From: the human T2T-CHM13v2.0 reference genome, Homo sapiens
Direction: 5' to 3' (one strand)
DNA: 64,000 bases
Assembly: GCF_009914755.1 (NCBI RefSeq)
Contig: NC_060939.1
Shown: positions 17,531 to 32,030 of the stretch, in pieces
How the letters are laid out: each line of letters begins with the position of its first letter
Position numbering within the stretch: the first letter of the stretch is position 1
Position numbers and translations under genes: made by a program
Notes under the pieces: model-generated
Databases searched by the model: none
The model's input: the letters and a program-made list of their open reading frames with translations, nothing else
What the model was told of the DNA's origin: nothing

Positions 17531-20500
17531 TAAAAGAAAGTCTAGGACTGGGCCAAGATGGCCAATTAAAAGCAGCTACAGTTTGCAACACTCATGGAGA
17601 GAAAAGAAAATGGCAAGTGAATTCAGCACCTTCAACTGAAATATCCAGATTCTCACATTGGGATTGACTAGGCAAACATCTCGACCCACAGAGAATGAAG
17701 AAAAGCAGGATGGGGTGATGGCCCACCTAGGAGTGGCATAGAGCCAAAGGAACCACCACCCCCAGCCAAGGGAAGTGGTGAGTGATTGTGTGATTCCACC
17801 TGGGAAATCATGCTTCTCCCACAGATCTTTGCAACCAGCAGATCAGGGATCCCCTTCTAAGCCCATACCACCAAGGCCTTGGGTCTGATACAGAGAGCTG
17901 TGTGAAGTCCCTGCAGAGCAGCCACTGGGGCACACACAGAGACCCAGGAGTTTTGCATACTGTGGCCCCAGGATTTCTGACAAGGTAAGAGATCTGTCCC
18001 TACATCCCCTAAGAGGGGAGCTAAATCCAGGGAGCTGAGCAGCATCATTCTGCAGGCCCCACTTCCACAACACCTCACAGGTTAAGACACACTGGCTTGG
18101 AATTCCAGCCAGCCAGTGGCAACAGGCTGGAGTCTGCCTGAGAAGGACAAAGTTCCTGGACAGAGGGGTGGCTGCCATTCTGTGTTCTGGTTGACTCAGC
18201 TTTTCCAGCCTGCCAACTCTGGAGAGTCTGGACAGTCCAGATGAGGAAGGGTCCCCCACAACACAGCACAATTCTGCTACCAAAAAAAACCAGACTGCTT
18301 CTTGGAGCAGGTCCCTGATACCATTCTTCCAGATTGGATGAGACTTCTCAACAGAGGTCTCCAGCTACCTCCTTTAGATACAATTTGGGCTGGCAACATG
18401 TCCGTACTTCCCTGGGACTGAGCTTCTCAAGGAAGAAGCAGGCTGCAATCTTTGCTGTTTTGCAGCCTTCACTGATTGATAATACTTCAAGGTACATGAA
18501 AAACCAAGGCAACTAGGGTCCATAGTGGACCCCTAGAAAACGGCAGCAGTCCTACAGAAGAATAGCTTGACTGTTAAAAGTAAAACAGACAAACAGAAAA
18601 CAACAAAAACAACATCAGCAAAAAGATCCCACAAAAACTCCTTTCCAGGGTCAGCAGCCTCAAAGATGGAAGGTAGTTAACCCCACAAAGATGAGAAAGA
18701 ATCAACACAAAAACCCTGAAAACCCAAAAAGCCAGAGTGCCTTATATCCTCCAAATTATTGCAGCATCTCTCCAGGAAGGGCACAGAACAGGGCTGAGGC
18801 TGAGATGGCTAAATTGACAGAAGTAGGCTTCAGAAGGTGGATAATAATAAACTTTGCTGAGCTAAAGGAGCATGTTGTAACCCAATGCAGAGAAGCTATA
18901 ATCATCATAAAACAATACAAAAGCTGATAGCCAGGACAGCCAGTTTCGAGATGAACATAACCAACCTAAAGGAGCTGAGAAACATAACACGAGAAATTTA
19001 CAATGCAATCACAAGTATCAATAGCAGAATCTCAGAGCTTGAAGAATATCTTTCTAAAATAATAGGCAGATAAGAATAGAGAAAAATAATGAAAAGGAAT
19101 GAACAAAACCTCCAAGAAATATGGGATCATGTAAAGACACTGTGCCTACAATGGATTGGGGTACCTGAAAGAGATGAGAATGGAACCAAGTTGGAAAACA
19201 TACTTCAGGATATCATTCAGAACTTCTTCAACCTAGTAAGACAGGCCAACATTCAAATTCTGGACCTGCAGAGAATCCCATTAAGATACTCCCCCAGAAG
19301 ATCAACCCCAAGAAATATAATCATCAGATTCTCTAAGGTCAAAATGAAAGAAAAATTATTAAATGCATCCAGAGAAAGGCCAGGTCACCTACAAAGGGAA
19401 GCCCATCAGACTAACAATGGACATCTCAGAAGAAATCCTACAAGCCAGAAGATATTGGGGGCCAATATTCAACATTCTTAAAAAAAATTTCCAACCCAAA
19501 ATTTTATGTCTGGCCAAACTAAGCTTCATAAGAAAAGGAGATATAAGATCTTCTTTGGACAAGCAAATGCTGGAGGAATTCATTACCACCAGACCTGCCT
19601 TGCAAGAGCTCCTGAAGGAAGCACTAAATATGGAAAGGAAAAACTGTTACCAAAAGTATTTTTTTACAAAAGCACACTGAAGTACACAGAACAGTGACAC
19701 TATGAAGCAACCAACCACATAAACAAGTCTGCAAAATAACTAGCTAGCCTCATGATGACAGGATCAAACTCACATATAACAATACAAAGCTTAAATGTTA
19801 ATAGGCAAAATGCCCCAATGAAAAGGCACAGAATCTCAAGCTGGATAATGAGTGAAGAAGACCCATTGGTATGTTGTCTTCAAGATATTCATCTCACATG
19901 CAAAGAAACACATAGTCTCAAAATAAAGGAATGGAGGAAAATTTACCAAATGGAAAACAGAGAAAAGCAGGGATTGCAATCCTTGTTTCTGACAAAAGAG
20001 ACTTTAAACCAACAAAGATAAAAAAAAAGACAAAGAAGGGCATTACATAATGGTAAAGGGTTCAATTCAACAAGAACTAGCTATCCTAAATATATATGCA
20101 CTCAATACATGAGCACCCAAGTTCATAAAGCAAGTTTTTAGAGACCTACAAAAAGACTTAGACTAACACACAAAAATAGTGGGTGACTTCAACACTCCAT
20201 GGACGTTATTAGACATATCATCAAGGAAGAAAATTAGCAAAGATACTCAGAACCTGAACTCGGCTCTGGATCAAGTGGACCTGACAGATATCTATAGAAC
20301 TCTCCACCCAAAACAACAGAATATATATTCTTCTCATCACTACACAGCACTTCCTCTAAAATTTATAAATAATTGGAAGTAAAACACTCCTCAGCAAAAG
20401 CAATGTTATAACTGAAGTTATAACAAACAGTCTGTTAGACCACAGTGCAATCAAATTAGAATGCAAGATTAAGAAATTCACTTAAAACTATATAACTACA

Positions 20501-22742
20501 TGGAAATTGAACAACCTGCTCCGGAATGATTCTTGGGTAAACAATCAACTTAAGGCAGAAATCAAGAAGTTCTTTGAAACTAATAAAAACAAAGAGCCAA
20601 TGTACCAGAATCTGTGGGATGCAGCTAAAGCAATTCTAAGAGGGAAATTTATAGCACTAAATGCCCACATTAAAAAACTAGAAAAGTCTCAAGTTAACAA
20701 CCTAACATCACAACTAAAAGAACAAGAGGACCAAGAGCAAACAAATCCAAAACATTGCAAAAGACAATAAATAACCAAGATTAGAGGTGAACTGAAGGAG
20801 ATAGAAACCCCCCAAAATTCAAAAATCAACAAATCCAGGAGCCTGTTTTTTGAAAAAAATAATAAAATAGATATACCACTAGTTAGACTAATAAAGAAGA
20901 AAGAAGAATCAAAGAAACAAGTCAGAAATGATGAGGATATCACCACTGACCCCACAGAAATATAAACAACCATCACAGAATACTATAAACTCCTCTATGC
21001 ACATAAACTAGAAAATCTAGATAAAATGAATAAATTCCTGGACATATGCACCCACCCAAGACTGAACCAGGAAAAAAATTGAATCCCTGAAGAGACCAAT
21101 AATAAGTTCTGATATTGAGGCAGTAATAGATAGCCTACCAATCAAAAAAAGCCCAGGACCAGAAGAATTTACAGCTGAATTCTACCAGAGGTACAAACAA
21201 GAGCTGGTACAATTTACACTGAATGTCATTGATCACATAAACAGAACTAAAGACAAAAATCACATGATTGTCTCATTAGATGCAGACAAGGCCTTCAATA
21301 AAATTCAACATCCTGTCATGTTAAAAACTCTCAATAAACTAGGAACTGAAGGAACATACCTTAAAATAATAAAAGCCATATATAACCAACCCACAGCCAA
21401 TATCACACTGAATAGGCAAAAGCTGAAAGCATTCCCCTTGAAAACTAGCACCAGAAAAGGGTGTCCTCTCTTACCACTCCTATTCAACACAGTATTGGAT
21501 GTTCTGGCCAGGGCAATCAGGCAAGAGAAAGAAATAAAGGGTATTTAAATAAGAAGAGAGGAAATCAAATTATTTTTGTGGATATCATGATCCTATATCT
21601 AGAAAACTCCATTATCTCCACCCAAAAGCTTCTTAAGCTAATAAGCAACTTCAGCAAAGTCTCAGGATACAAAATAAACATGCAAAAATTGCTAGCATTC
21701 CTATGCACTAAAAACAGGCAAGCAGAGAGTCAAATCATGAATGAATTCTCATTCACAATTGCTACAAAAAGGATAAAATACTGAGGAATACAGCTAACAA
21801 GGGATGTGCAGGACTTCTTTAAGGAGAACTACAAACCACTGCTTGAAGAAATCAGAGAGGACATAAATAAACAGAAAAACATTCCATGCTCATGGATAAG
21901 ACTCAATATTGTGAAAATGGCCATATTGCCCAAAGTAATTTATAGATTCAATGCTATTCCCATTCAACTACCATTGACATTCTTTACAGAATTAATTAGA
22001 AAAAAAAATTTAAAAATTCATATGAAACCAAAAAAGAGCCCATATAGCCAAGATGATCCTAAGCAAAAAGAGCAAAGCTGGAGGCATCACACTACCTGGC
22101 TTCAAACTATGCTACAAACCAAACAGTAACCAAAACAGCATGGTACTGGTAAAAGAACAGACACATAGACCAGTGGAACAGAGTAGAGAACTCAGAAATA
22201 AGACCTACAACCATCTGATCTTTGACAAACCCGACAAATCCAGCAATGGGGAAAGGATTCCCTATTTAATAAATGGTGGTGGAAGAACTGGCAGCCATAT
22301 GCAGAAAATTAAAACTGGACCTCTTCCTTACACGATATACAAACATTAACTCAAGATGGTTTAAAGACTTACTGAAATGTAAAACCCAAAATTATAAAAA
22401 CCCTGAAAGAAAATCCAGGCAATACCATTTAGGAAATAGGCATGGGCAAAGATTTCATGACAAAAGCACAAAAGCAATTGCAACAGAAGCAAAAATTGAC
22501 ATATGGAATCTAATTAAACTAAAGAGCTTCTGCACAGCAAATGCAACTCTCATCAGAGTGAACAGACAACCTACAAAATAGGAGAAAATTTTTGCAATCT
22601 ATCCATGTGACAAAGGCCTAATATCCAGAGTCTATAAGGAACTTAAGCAAATTTACCAGAAAAAAACATACAACCCCATTAAAACGTGAGCAAAGCACAT
22701 GAACAGACACTTCTCAAAAGAAGACATGTGTTTTCAACTCCT

Positions 22743-25700
22743 AGGGAATCATGGCAGATGGGAGGCAGGACTAGACTGCAGCTCTAACTCAGACAGAGCA
22801 GCATGTGGAGGCTTGCATTATGAATTTCTGCTCCAGAACAACTGCAGGAATAAATCAGGAAACCTGAAAGGACCCACAGACCCCTGAAGGAAGCGGATTG
22901 CTCCTGCAGGACCCAGGAGACATGCCAAATACTCTGCTGGTATTCACGGCTGACAGACCTACAGATGTTTCACATCACAGGACTCTGCAGAAAATCCCCA
23001 GTACTGGCCCAGAGCCTGGTAGACTTGCTGGGTGGCTAGATCCAGAAGAAAGATAACAATCACTACAGCTATTCTCTCAGGAAGCCACATCCATAGGAAA
23101 AGGGGGAGAGTACTACCTCAAGGGAACACACTGTGGGACAAAAGAATCTGAATGGGACAAAAAGAATCTGAACAACAGCCTTCAGCCCTACACCTTCCCT
23201 CTGACAGAGTCTACCCAAATGAGAAGGAACCAGAAAACCAACTCTGGTAATATGACAAAACAAGGTTATTTAACACCCCCCAAAAATCACACTAGCTCAC
23301 CAGCAATGGACCTAAACCAAGAAGAACTCCCTGATTTACCTGAAAAAGAATTCAGGATGTTAGTTATTAAGCTAATCAGAGACGTCTTTGAATTAACCCA
23401 ATCCAACGAAGACAAAGAAAAAAGAGTAAGAAAATATGAATAAAGCCTCCAAGAAGTCTGAGATTATATTAAATGACCAAACTTAAGAATAATTGGTGCT
23501 CCAGAGGAAGAAGAGATATCTAAAAGTTTGGAAAATATATTTGGGGGAATAATTGAAGAAAACTTCCCTGGCCTTGCTAGAGACCTAGACATCCAAATAC
23601 AAGAAGCTCAAGGAACACCTGGGAAATTCATCACAAAAAGATCATCGCCTAGGCACATTGTCATCGGGTTATATAAGTTAAGACGGAAGAAAGAATCTTA
23701 AGAGCTGTGAGACAAAAGTACCAGGTAACCTATTAAAATAAAGAAACCTATCAGATTAACAGCAGATTTCTCAGCAGAAACCGTACAAGCTAGAAGGGAT
23801 TGGGGCCCTATTTTCAGCTTCCTCAAACAAAACAACTATCAGCCAAGAATTCTGTATCCATTGAAACTAGGCTTCATATATGAAGGAAAGATACAGTCTT
23901 TTTCAGGCAAACAAATGCTGAGAGAATTTACCACTACCATGCCACCACTACAAGAACTGCTTTTCAAAAAGTGCTCTAAATTTTGAAACAAATCCTGGAA
24001 ACAACATCAAAACAAAACCACTTTAAAGCATAAATCTCACAGGACCTATAAAATAAAAATACCATTTAAAAAATGAAGTCAAAAAAACCAAGGTACACAG
24101 GCAACAAATAGCATGATGAATGGAATGGTACCTCACATTTCAATATTAACATTGAAGGTAAATTACCTAAATGTTCTACTTAAAGATACAGAATTGCAGA
24201 ATGAATAAGAATTCACCAATGAACTATCTGCTGCCCTCAAGATACTCATTTAACACGTAAGGACTCACACAAACTTAAGTGAAAGGGGTGAAAAAAGAGA
24301 CATCATGCAAACGGACAGCAAAAGTGAGCAGGAGTAGCTATAGTTATGTAAGAAAAAACAAACTTTAAAGCAGCAGTAGTTGAAAAAGACAAAGAAGGAC
24401 ATTATATAATGATAAAAGGCCTTGTCCAACAGGAAAATATCTCAATCCTGAATGTATATGCACCTAACACTGGAGCTCCCAAATTTATAAAACAATTACT
24501 AATAGACCTAAGAAATGAGATAGACAGCAACACAATAATAGTGGGGGACTTTTTAATACACCACTGACATCACTAGACAGGTCATCAAGACAGAAATTCA
24601 ACAAAGAAACAATGGATTTAATCTATACCCTAGAACGAATGGACTTAACAGATATATACAGAACATTCCATCCAACAACTGCAGAATATACATTGTATTA
24701 AACAGCACATGGAACTTTCTTCAAGAAAGACCATATGATAGACCACAAAATGAGCTTCAATAAATTTAAGAAAATTGAAATTATATCAAGCACTCTCTCA
24801 GACCACAATGGAATAAAACTGGAAATCAACTCCAAAAGGAAACTTCAAAGCCATGCAAATACATGGATATTAAATAACCTGCTTCTGAATGATCATTGGG
24901 TCAAAAATTAAACCAAAATGAAAATTAAAAAATTCTTTGAACTGAATGACAATAGTGACACAACCTATCAAAACCTCTGAGACACAAAAGGCAGTGCTAA
25001 GAGGAAGGTTCATAGCACTAAATACCTACATCAAAAAGTCTAAAAGAGCACAAACAGACAATCTAAGTTCACACCTCAAGTAACTACCAAAACAAGAACA
25101 AACCAAACCCAAACCCAGCAGAAGAAAGGAAATAACCAATATCAGAGCAGAACTAAATGAAACTGAAACAACAACAAAAATATAAAAGATAAATGAAACA
25201 AAAATCTGGTTCTTTGAAAAGATAAATGAAACTGATAGACCATTAGCAAGATTAACCAAGAAGAGAGAAAATCCAAATAAGTTCAATAAGAAATAAAACA
25301 GGAGATATTACAACTAACACCACAGAAATAAAAAAGATCATTTAAGGCTACTATGAACATCTTTACATGCATAAATTAGAAACCTAGAAGAAATGGATAA
25401 ACTCCTGGAAAGATACAACTCTCCTAGCATAACTCAGGAAAAATTAGATACCCTAAACAGACCAATAACAAGCAGCAAGATTGAAATGGTAACGTAAAAA
25501 TTACCAATGAAACAAGTTCAGGACCAGACAGATTCCCAGACGTATTCACAGCAGAATTCTACCAGACATTCAAAGAAGAATTGCTACCAATCCGATTGAC
25601 ACTATTTCCCAAGATGGAGAAAGAGAGACCCTTCCCTAAATCATTCTATGAAGCCAGTATCACCCTAATACCAAAACCAGGATCTAGCCCAAAAAGAAAA

Positions 25701-28158
25701 CTACAGACCAATATCCCTGATGAACATAGATGCTAAAATCCTCAACAAAATACTAGTTAACTGAATCCAACAATATATCAAAAAGAAAATTCACCATGAT
25801 CAAATGGGTTTCATTCCAAGGATGCAGGGTTTAGCATAGGCAAGTCAATAAATGTGATACACCACATAAACAGAAATAAAAACAAAAACACATGATGATC
25901 TCAATAGATGCAGAAAAAGCATTTGACAAAATCCAGCATCCCTTTATGATTAAAACTCTCAGTAAAATCGACATACAAGGGACATACCTCAATATAATAA
26001 AAGCCATTTATGACAAACCCACAGCCAATATAATGCTGAATGGGGAAAAGTTGAAAGCATTCCCTCTGAGAACTGGAACAAGTCAATGATGGCCACTCTC
26101 ACCACTCCTCTTCAACTTAGTACTGGACATCCTAGCCAGAGAAATTAGATAAGAGAAAGAAATAAAGGGCATCCAAATTGGTAAAGAGGGAGTCAAACTG
26201 CTGCTGTTTGCTGATGATATGATTGTTTACCTAGAAAACCCTAAAGACTCCTCCAGAAAGCTCCTAGAACTGATAAAAGAATTCAGCAAAGTTTCCAGAT
26301 ACAAAATTAATGTACACAAATCAGTAGCTCTTCTATACACCAACAGTTATCAAGCTGAGAATTAGATCAAGAACTCAACCCCTTTTAAAATAGCTGCAAA
26401 ACAAAAACAAAAACAAAAAACATGAAAAAAACTTAGGAATATGCCTAACCAAGGAAGTGAAAGACCTCTGCAAGGAAAACTGCAAAACATTGCTGAAATA
26501 AATCATAGATGACACAAACAAATGGAAACACATCCCATGCTCATGGATGGGTAGAATCAATATTGTGAAAATAACGTTACTACCAAAAGCGATCTACAAA
26601 TTCAGAGCAATACCCATCAAAATACCACCATCATTCTTCACACAATTAGAAAAAAAATTCTAAAATTCATATGGAACCAAAAAAGAGTCCAAATAGCCAA
26701 AGCAAGCAAAGCAAGACTAAGCAAAAAGAACAAACCTGGAGGCATCCCACTACCTGATTTCAAACTATACTATAAGGCCATAGTCACCAAGACAGCATGG
26801 TACTGGTATAAGAATAGGCACATAGACTAATGGAACAGAGTAGAGAACCCAGAAATGAACCCAAATACTTACAACTAACTGATCTTCAACAAAGCAAACA
26901 AAAACATAGAGTGGGGAAAGGACACCCTTTTCAACAAATGGTGCTGGGATAATTGGCTAGCCACATGTAGGAAAATGAAACTGGATCCTCATCTGTCACC
27001 TTATACAAAAATCAATTCAAGATTGATTAAGGACTTAAATATAAGACCTGAAAATTAAAATTCTAGAAGACAACATAGGAAAAACCCTTATAGACACTGG
27101 TTTAGGGAAGGATTTCATGACCAAGAACCCAAACACAAATACAATAATAACAAAGATAAATTGTTGGGACTTAGTTAAACTAAAGAGCTTTTGCACGGCA
27201 AAAGGAACAGTTAGCAGAGTAAACAGACAACCCAGAGTGGGAAAAAATTCTCACAATCTATACATCTAACAAAGGGCTAATATCCAGAATCTACAATGAA
27301 CTCAAACAAATCAACAAGAAACAAACAATCCCATGAAAAAGTGGGCTAAAGACATGAATAGACAATTCTCGAAGATATACAAATGGCCAACAAATATGAA
27401 AAAATGCTCAACATGACTAATGATCAGGGAAATACAAATCAAAACCACAATACACTGCCACTTTACTCCTGCAAGAATGGCCATAATCAAAAAATCAAAA
27501 AAATAGTAGACGTTGGCATGGATGTGGTGAACAGGGAACACTTCTACACTGCTGGTGGGAATGTAAACTAGTACAATCACTATGAACAACAGTGTGGAAA
27601 TTCCTTAAAGAACTAAAAGAAGAGCTATCATTTGATCCAGCAATCCCACTACTGATACCTACCCAGAGTCATTATACAAAAAAGATACTTGCACACACAT
27701 GTTTATAGCAGCACAATTTGCAATTGCAAAAATGTGGACCCAACTCAAATGCCCATCAATTGATAAGTGGATAAAGAAACTGTGGTATATATACACAGTG
27801 GAATACTACTCAGCCATAAAAAGGAATGAATTATTGGCATTCGCAGCAACCTGGAGGAGACTGGGGACTATGATTTGAAGTGAAGTAACTCAGGAATGGA
27901 AAACCAAACATTGTATGTTCACATTCATAAGTGGGAGCTAAGCTATGAGGATGCAAAAACATAAGAATGATACAATGGACTTTGGGGACTCAGGGAAAGG
28001 GTGGGAAGGGGATGAGAGATAAAAGACTACAAATAGCGTGCAGTGCATACTGCTTGGGTGATGGGTGCACCAAAATCTCACAAATCACCACCAAAGAACT
28101 TACTCATGTCACCAAACACCACCTGTTCCTCAATAACATATAAAAATGAATAAATACA
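22743..28158 (+). mobile_element. L1PB1-like element with both ends present, internally deleted, nested in ORF2 of the L1PA host
   Basis: 5' end GGGAATCATGGCAGATGGGAGGCAGGACTAGA. ORF1 MRRNQKTNSGNMTKQG at 23219. 3' end CACCAAAATCTCACAAATCACC. Host ORF2 breaks at HFSKED and resumes at ~28159. Confidence 0.9.
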
Positions 28159-28456
28159 AAGATATACATGTGGCTAACATATGAAAAATAGCTCAACATC
28201 ACTGATCATTAGAGAAATGGAAATCAAAACCACAATGAGATATCATCTCACACCAGTTAGAATGGGTATTATTAAAAAGTTAAAAAACAACAGATGCTGG
28301 CAAGATTGCAGAGAAAAAGAAGTGCTTTTACACTGTTGGTGGAGTGTAAATTAGTTAAACCATTGTGGAAGACATCGTGGTGATTCCTCAAAGACAGGAG
28401 GCAGAAATACCATTTGACCGAGCAATCTCATTACCCAGAGGAATATAAATAATTCT

Positions 28457-28559
28457 ATTATATAGATGTATTATGCATTATATAATACATTATATAGATG
28501 TATTATGCATTATATAATACATTATATAGATATGTATTATATAGATGTATATTTATTAC
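28457..28559. repeat. AT-rich 32-bp minisatellite expansion inside L1 ORF2
   Basis: ATTATATAGATGTATTATGCATTATATAATAC twice (28457-28520) plus partial copies. Confidence 0.9.
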
Positions 28560-31500
28560 ATAAATCATTCTATTATAAAGATACATGCACGTTTATGTTC
28601 ATGGCAGCACTATTCACAATAGCGAAGACATGGAATCAACCTAAATGCCCATCAATGATAGACTGGAGAAAGAAAATGTGGTACATATACGCCATGGAAT
28701 ACTATGCAGCTATAAAAAGGAAGGAGATTATGTCATTTGCAGAGACACAAATGGAGTTGGAAGCCATTATCCTCAGCAAACTAATGCGGGAACAGAAAGC
28801 CAAACACCATGTGTTCTCACTTACAAGTGGGAGCTGAACTTTGAGAACACATGGACACATCAAGGGGAACAACACACACTGGGGCCTCTCGAGGGGTGTA
28901 GGTGAGGGGAGGGCAAGCCCCAGGAAGAATAACTAATGGCTGCTGAGCTTAATCCCTAGGTGATGGGATGATCTGTGCAGCAAACCACCATGGCACATGT
29001 TTACCTATGTAACAAACCTGCACATCCTGCGCACATACACTGAACTTAAAAGTGGAAGAAAAAAATATATATATATATAAATGTATGGCCAAAAGAAAAA
29101 AAAAGGAAAGTCTCCATTTCCTCTAATACCTTCTGTTTCAATATTAACTGGAAAGTGAGAAATCTAAGTGCCCTTTGCTTATTGATCAACCTCATAATAT
29201 TCAATGCAGTAAGTTGTGAGATTTCTCTGAGAATGTCTTTCTATTGGAAAAATAATGGAAATATTTTGTAAGCTGTATTATAATACAACTATCATGCAGG
29301 CAGAGGCATTGTATTTCCTGTTTGCTTTTGTATCTGTATCAAAATAGGATATCTGACCCATATAGACTCAAACGTGGTTAGTGAGTAAGTCAGTTGAATT
29401 AAATTTATTCAAGTGGCCAATTTCATATAGAACTTTTAAAGATTAATTTCATGTGTAAACAATAATACTTTAAGTGTAGTGATGATAATATCAATAATAT
29501 TAATACTTGGAATTTACCTAATGACTTTATATTTTTAAATCATCCATTCATTAAAAAAAATGTATTGAGAATTTTCTAGGTATCAGGTCCTATTCAGTGC
29601 AATGGGAATAAAGCAGTAAATAAGAATTCATGCCCTCACATTCTCACATTCTGGTTGAAGAGGAGAAATATCTCTTACATCTCTAATCTAAATGTAAGTA
29701 TGATTGTTTATAATCCATAGATGAGGAAAATGAATTTCGTATCTCTAAAAGGTCAATTTGCCAAACTTGTGGCACAAACCAGAAGTTACACGGCTTCAAG
29801 CATAGTAATTAATATATTTCTTATTCCTTCTCAGAGTTTGTGACACTTGATGAGGCTCCCTTCAAATGAGCAAGTATTGAAGTTCATGCCATGTGCCCAG
29901 CTCCTCCTGGATCTGTGAGGAAATATCTGAAACCTTCAAGATGTTGTACATGTCTTATGGAAAATGTTGCTCCATCATCCCTGCACTCCCTTATCTAGTA
30001 TATCTACCTCCATAAGAAAACATAAGGACAGGCAATCTTCATAAAAATAGACTCCACCTATTTGGTTCATAGTTCTCTGAACCTAGAACAGGACAGAACT
30101 AACACTAGGTAAATATAATAAATATACATTAACTAAATGAATGAAAGAATCGCAAAGGTACTTCACATAGATAGTCTTCTACTCAAGCATTAAAATGTCT
30201 CTTACCAAGGCAGCTTCCATATTTGAAATAGTGCCTCTTTTTTCGGTTCAAAGAGCCATGAGTGGTTTTGTAGCATCAGGGGCTCAATATCCTTTATGTA
30301 ATACTGAAACAACTCATTTATCCAGGGATCACTTTCTGGAACATCCATCAATTTAAACATAGACCAAAACTAGTCATCAAGAAGAAAGTGAATCTAACCA
30401 CCAAGCATAATGTCCCTAGTTCATGCATGCTTTGATGTGCTAATACTTTATTCTTTGCATTTTTCTTAGATCCTCTTTCAAAGGACCAGCACTCTATTTA
30501 TAATAATAACAACAACGACAGCAACATTAGGAATAGTAATGGCCACTACCCCTTCATTGGTACTTATGTATAATTTCTTATTTTGTCCTCCTACAAACCC
30601 TATGAGATGACTATAGTTATATGTCCATTTTATAATGAGGAAACTAAGGTTTAGAGAGTATTTTTTAAAGTCAAAGAGATAGTCTGTAGGGAAACAAGAA
30701 TTTTAATGTTTTTCTATGTTTGTATTTCTCTAGAATATAATCTTTTCCTTCAAATATCTGATTTCATAACTCACAACAGCTAATAAATGGAGGGAGACAT
30801 AGAATAAGGTGCACATACACACACACACGTACACATGCAAACACATGCACACACAAAAGCCACAAAACTAAAATGCATAGCACTTCTGGGTATTTTGTTG
30901 TAGAGGCAAACAACCCTTCATCCCTTGATGGCTCCTAGGATGTTAATGAAGATACATAAAGAAAATTCTGAATAATGAAGTAAAAGTGAAATTTCATTGA
31001 TTCTTTTTGACTAAGGATAAATGAAAAAAAAATCTATATTTTTGAAAGACATCTAAGCAAGATTATTACAATTAAAAGGTTGGATACTTAAACTAAACTT
31101 AAGGTATCTGGAAAAACTGCTTATACTGAACAGCTCATTTGTGGCTGTAGTTGAAGTCACTATTACCACTATTACTTTATGTGTCTACTGTACACCCATG
31201 ACATTTTAGCACAATATGCAAGGATTCAGAAATCTTATGGTGGGCATATGTATACAAGGTTAAGAGAAGAGATTAAAAATAATAAAGAGCAGCTGATTCT
31301 ATCCTCAAGACTGAGTGAAACTCAACTTTAAATATCAATATTTAAATACCCAATCGTTTTAAGAACCAAATTCTTAGATATAATTTTTATTTCTACTGGG
31401 GCAGCTTGAACAGGTATTTCTTATTGAACAGTAGTAATAAAAGCAGGTTTTATTATTCTAGTCTCTCATTCTATTTACAACTCTTTGCTTGACCATAGAT

Positions 31501-31878
31501 TGTATCACTAACAAAATCATTGGTGTTTAACATATAAGAATAATCAAAGTGAGTTTTGCCATCATGGCAAATAACTAAGGAAAGAGTAGAGAAAATGATG
31601 TCATTGCAAGTAAGCCCAGCAAAATTATTCCTGGTGGTTTGAGGACACACATTAAGCTTCCTTGTGCACTTTTCCCCTCTTTTTCTAAATAAATTTATTT
31701 GTGATATTGCCTTGCTAACTATATTGAGCACATTTACCAATTTACTACTTCCTTATGAATAAAATCCACTTTTTCTCCATTAGAAAGCTATCCCAGTTCC
31801 TTCACTCGGTCTATTTTTCCCAATTATCAGTGTATTTGAACTCTATTACTCTACTCGCACCAAGCCACAGCCTCTCAC

Positions 31879-32030
31879 CCAGTCCATACAAGTCTACACT
31901 CTGGTAGGATGTTGCGGCTGAGCTGAGGAAGGACAGAGGTGGCATCACAGGTCCTGATATTTCCGATACAACCAACACTACTTCAGAGAAGAGTGACATC
32001 GATTTGCTGTCAACTGAAGGCAAATATTTG
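31879..32030 (-). other. Candidate spliced exon of an unidentified transcript
   Basis: Acceptors ttttttaaataacag| (32030) or tttgccttcag| (32013), donor TGG|gtgaga (31879). One frame is open. Several CpGs are retained and there is no recognisable repeat. Confidence 0.3.

Larger units (their letters stand above)
17544..29101 (+). mobile_element. Full-length L1PA13-15-class element, interrupted by L1PB1 at ~22730-28158
   Basis: 5' end GGGCCAAGATGGCC. ORF1 start at 18691, ORF2 start MTGSNSHITI at ~19755. 3'UTR with GGGATGATCTGTGCAGCAAACCACC. TSD AAA(A/G)GAAAGTCT at 17532-17543 and 29102-29113. Confidence 0.9.

Noticed and set aside
21215-21230. ~250-bp internal deletion in L1PA13-15 ORF2 as a splicing product
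   Set aside because: From the recalled consensus the deleted ends are not GT..AG. An ordinary microhomology deletion is sufficient.
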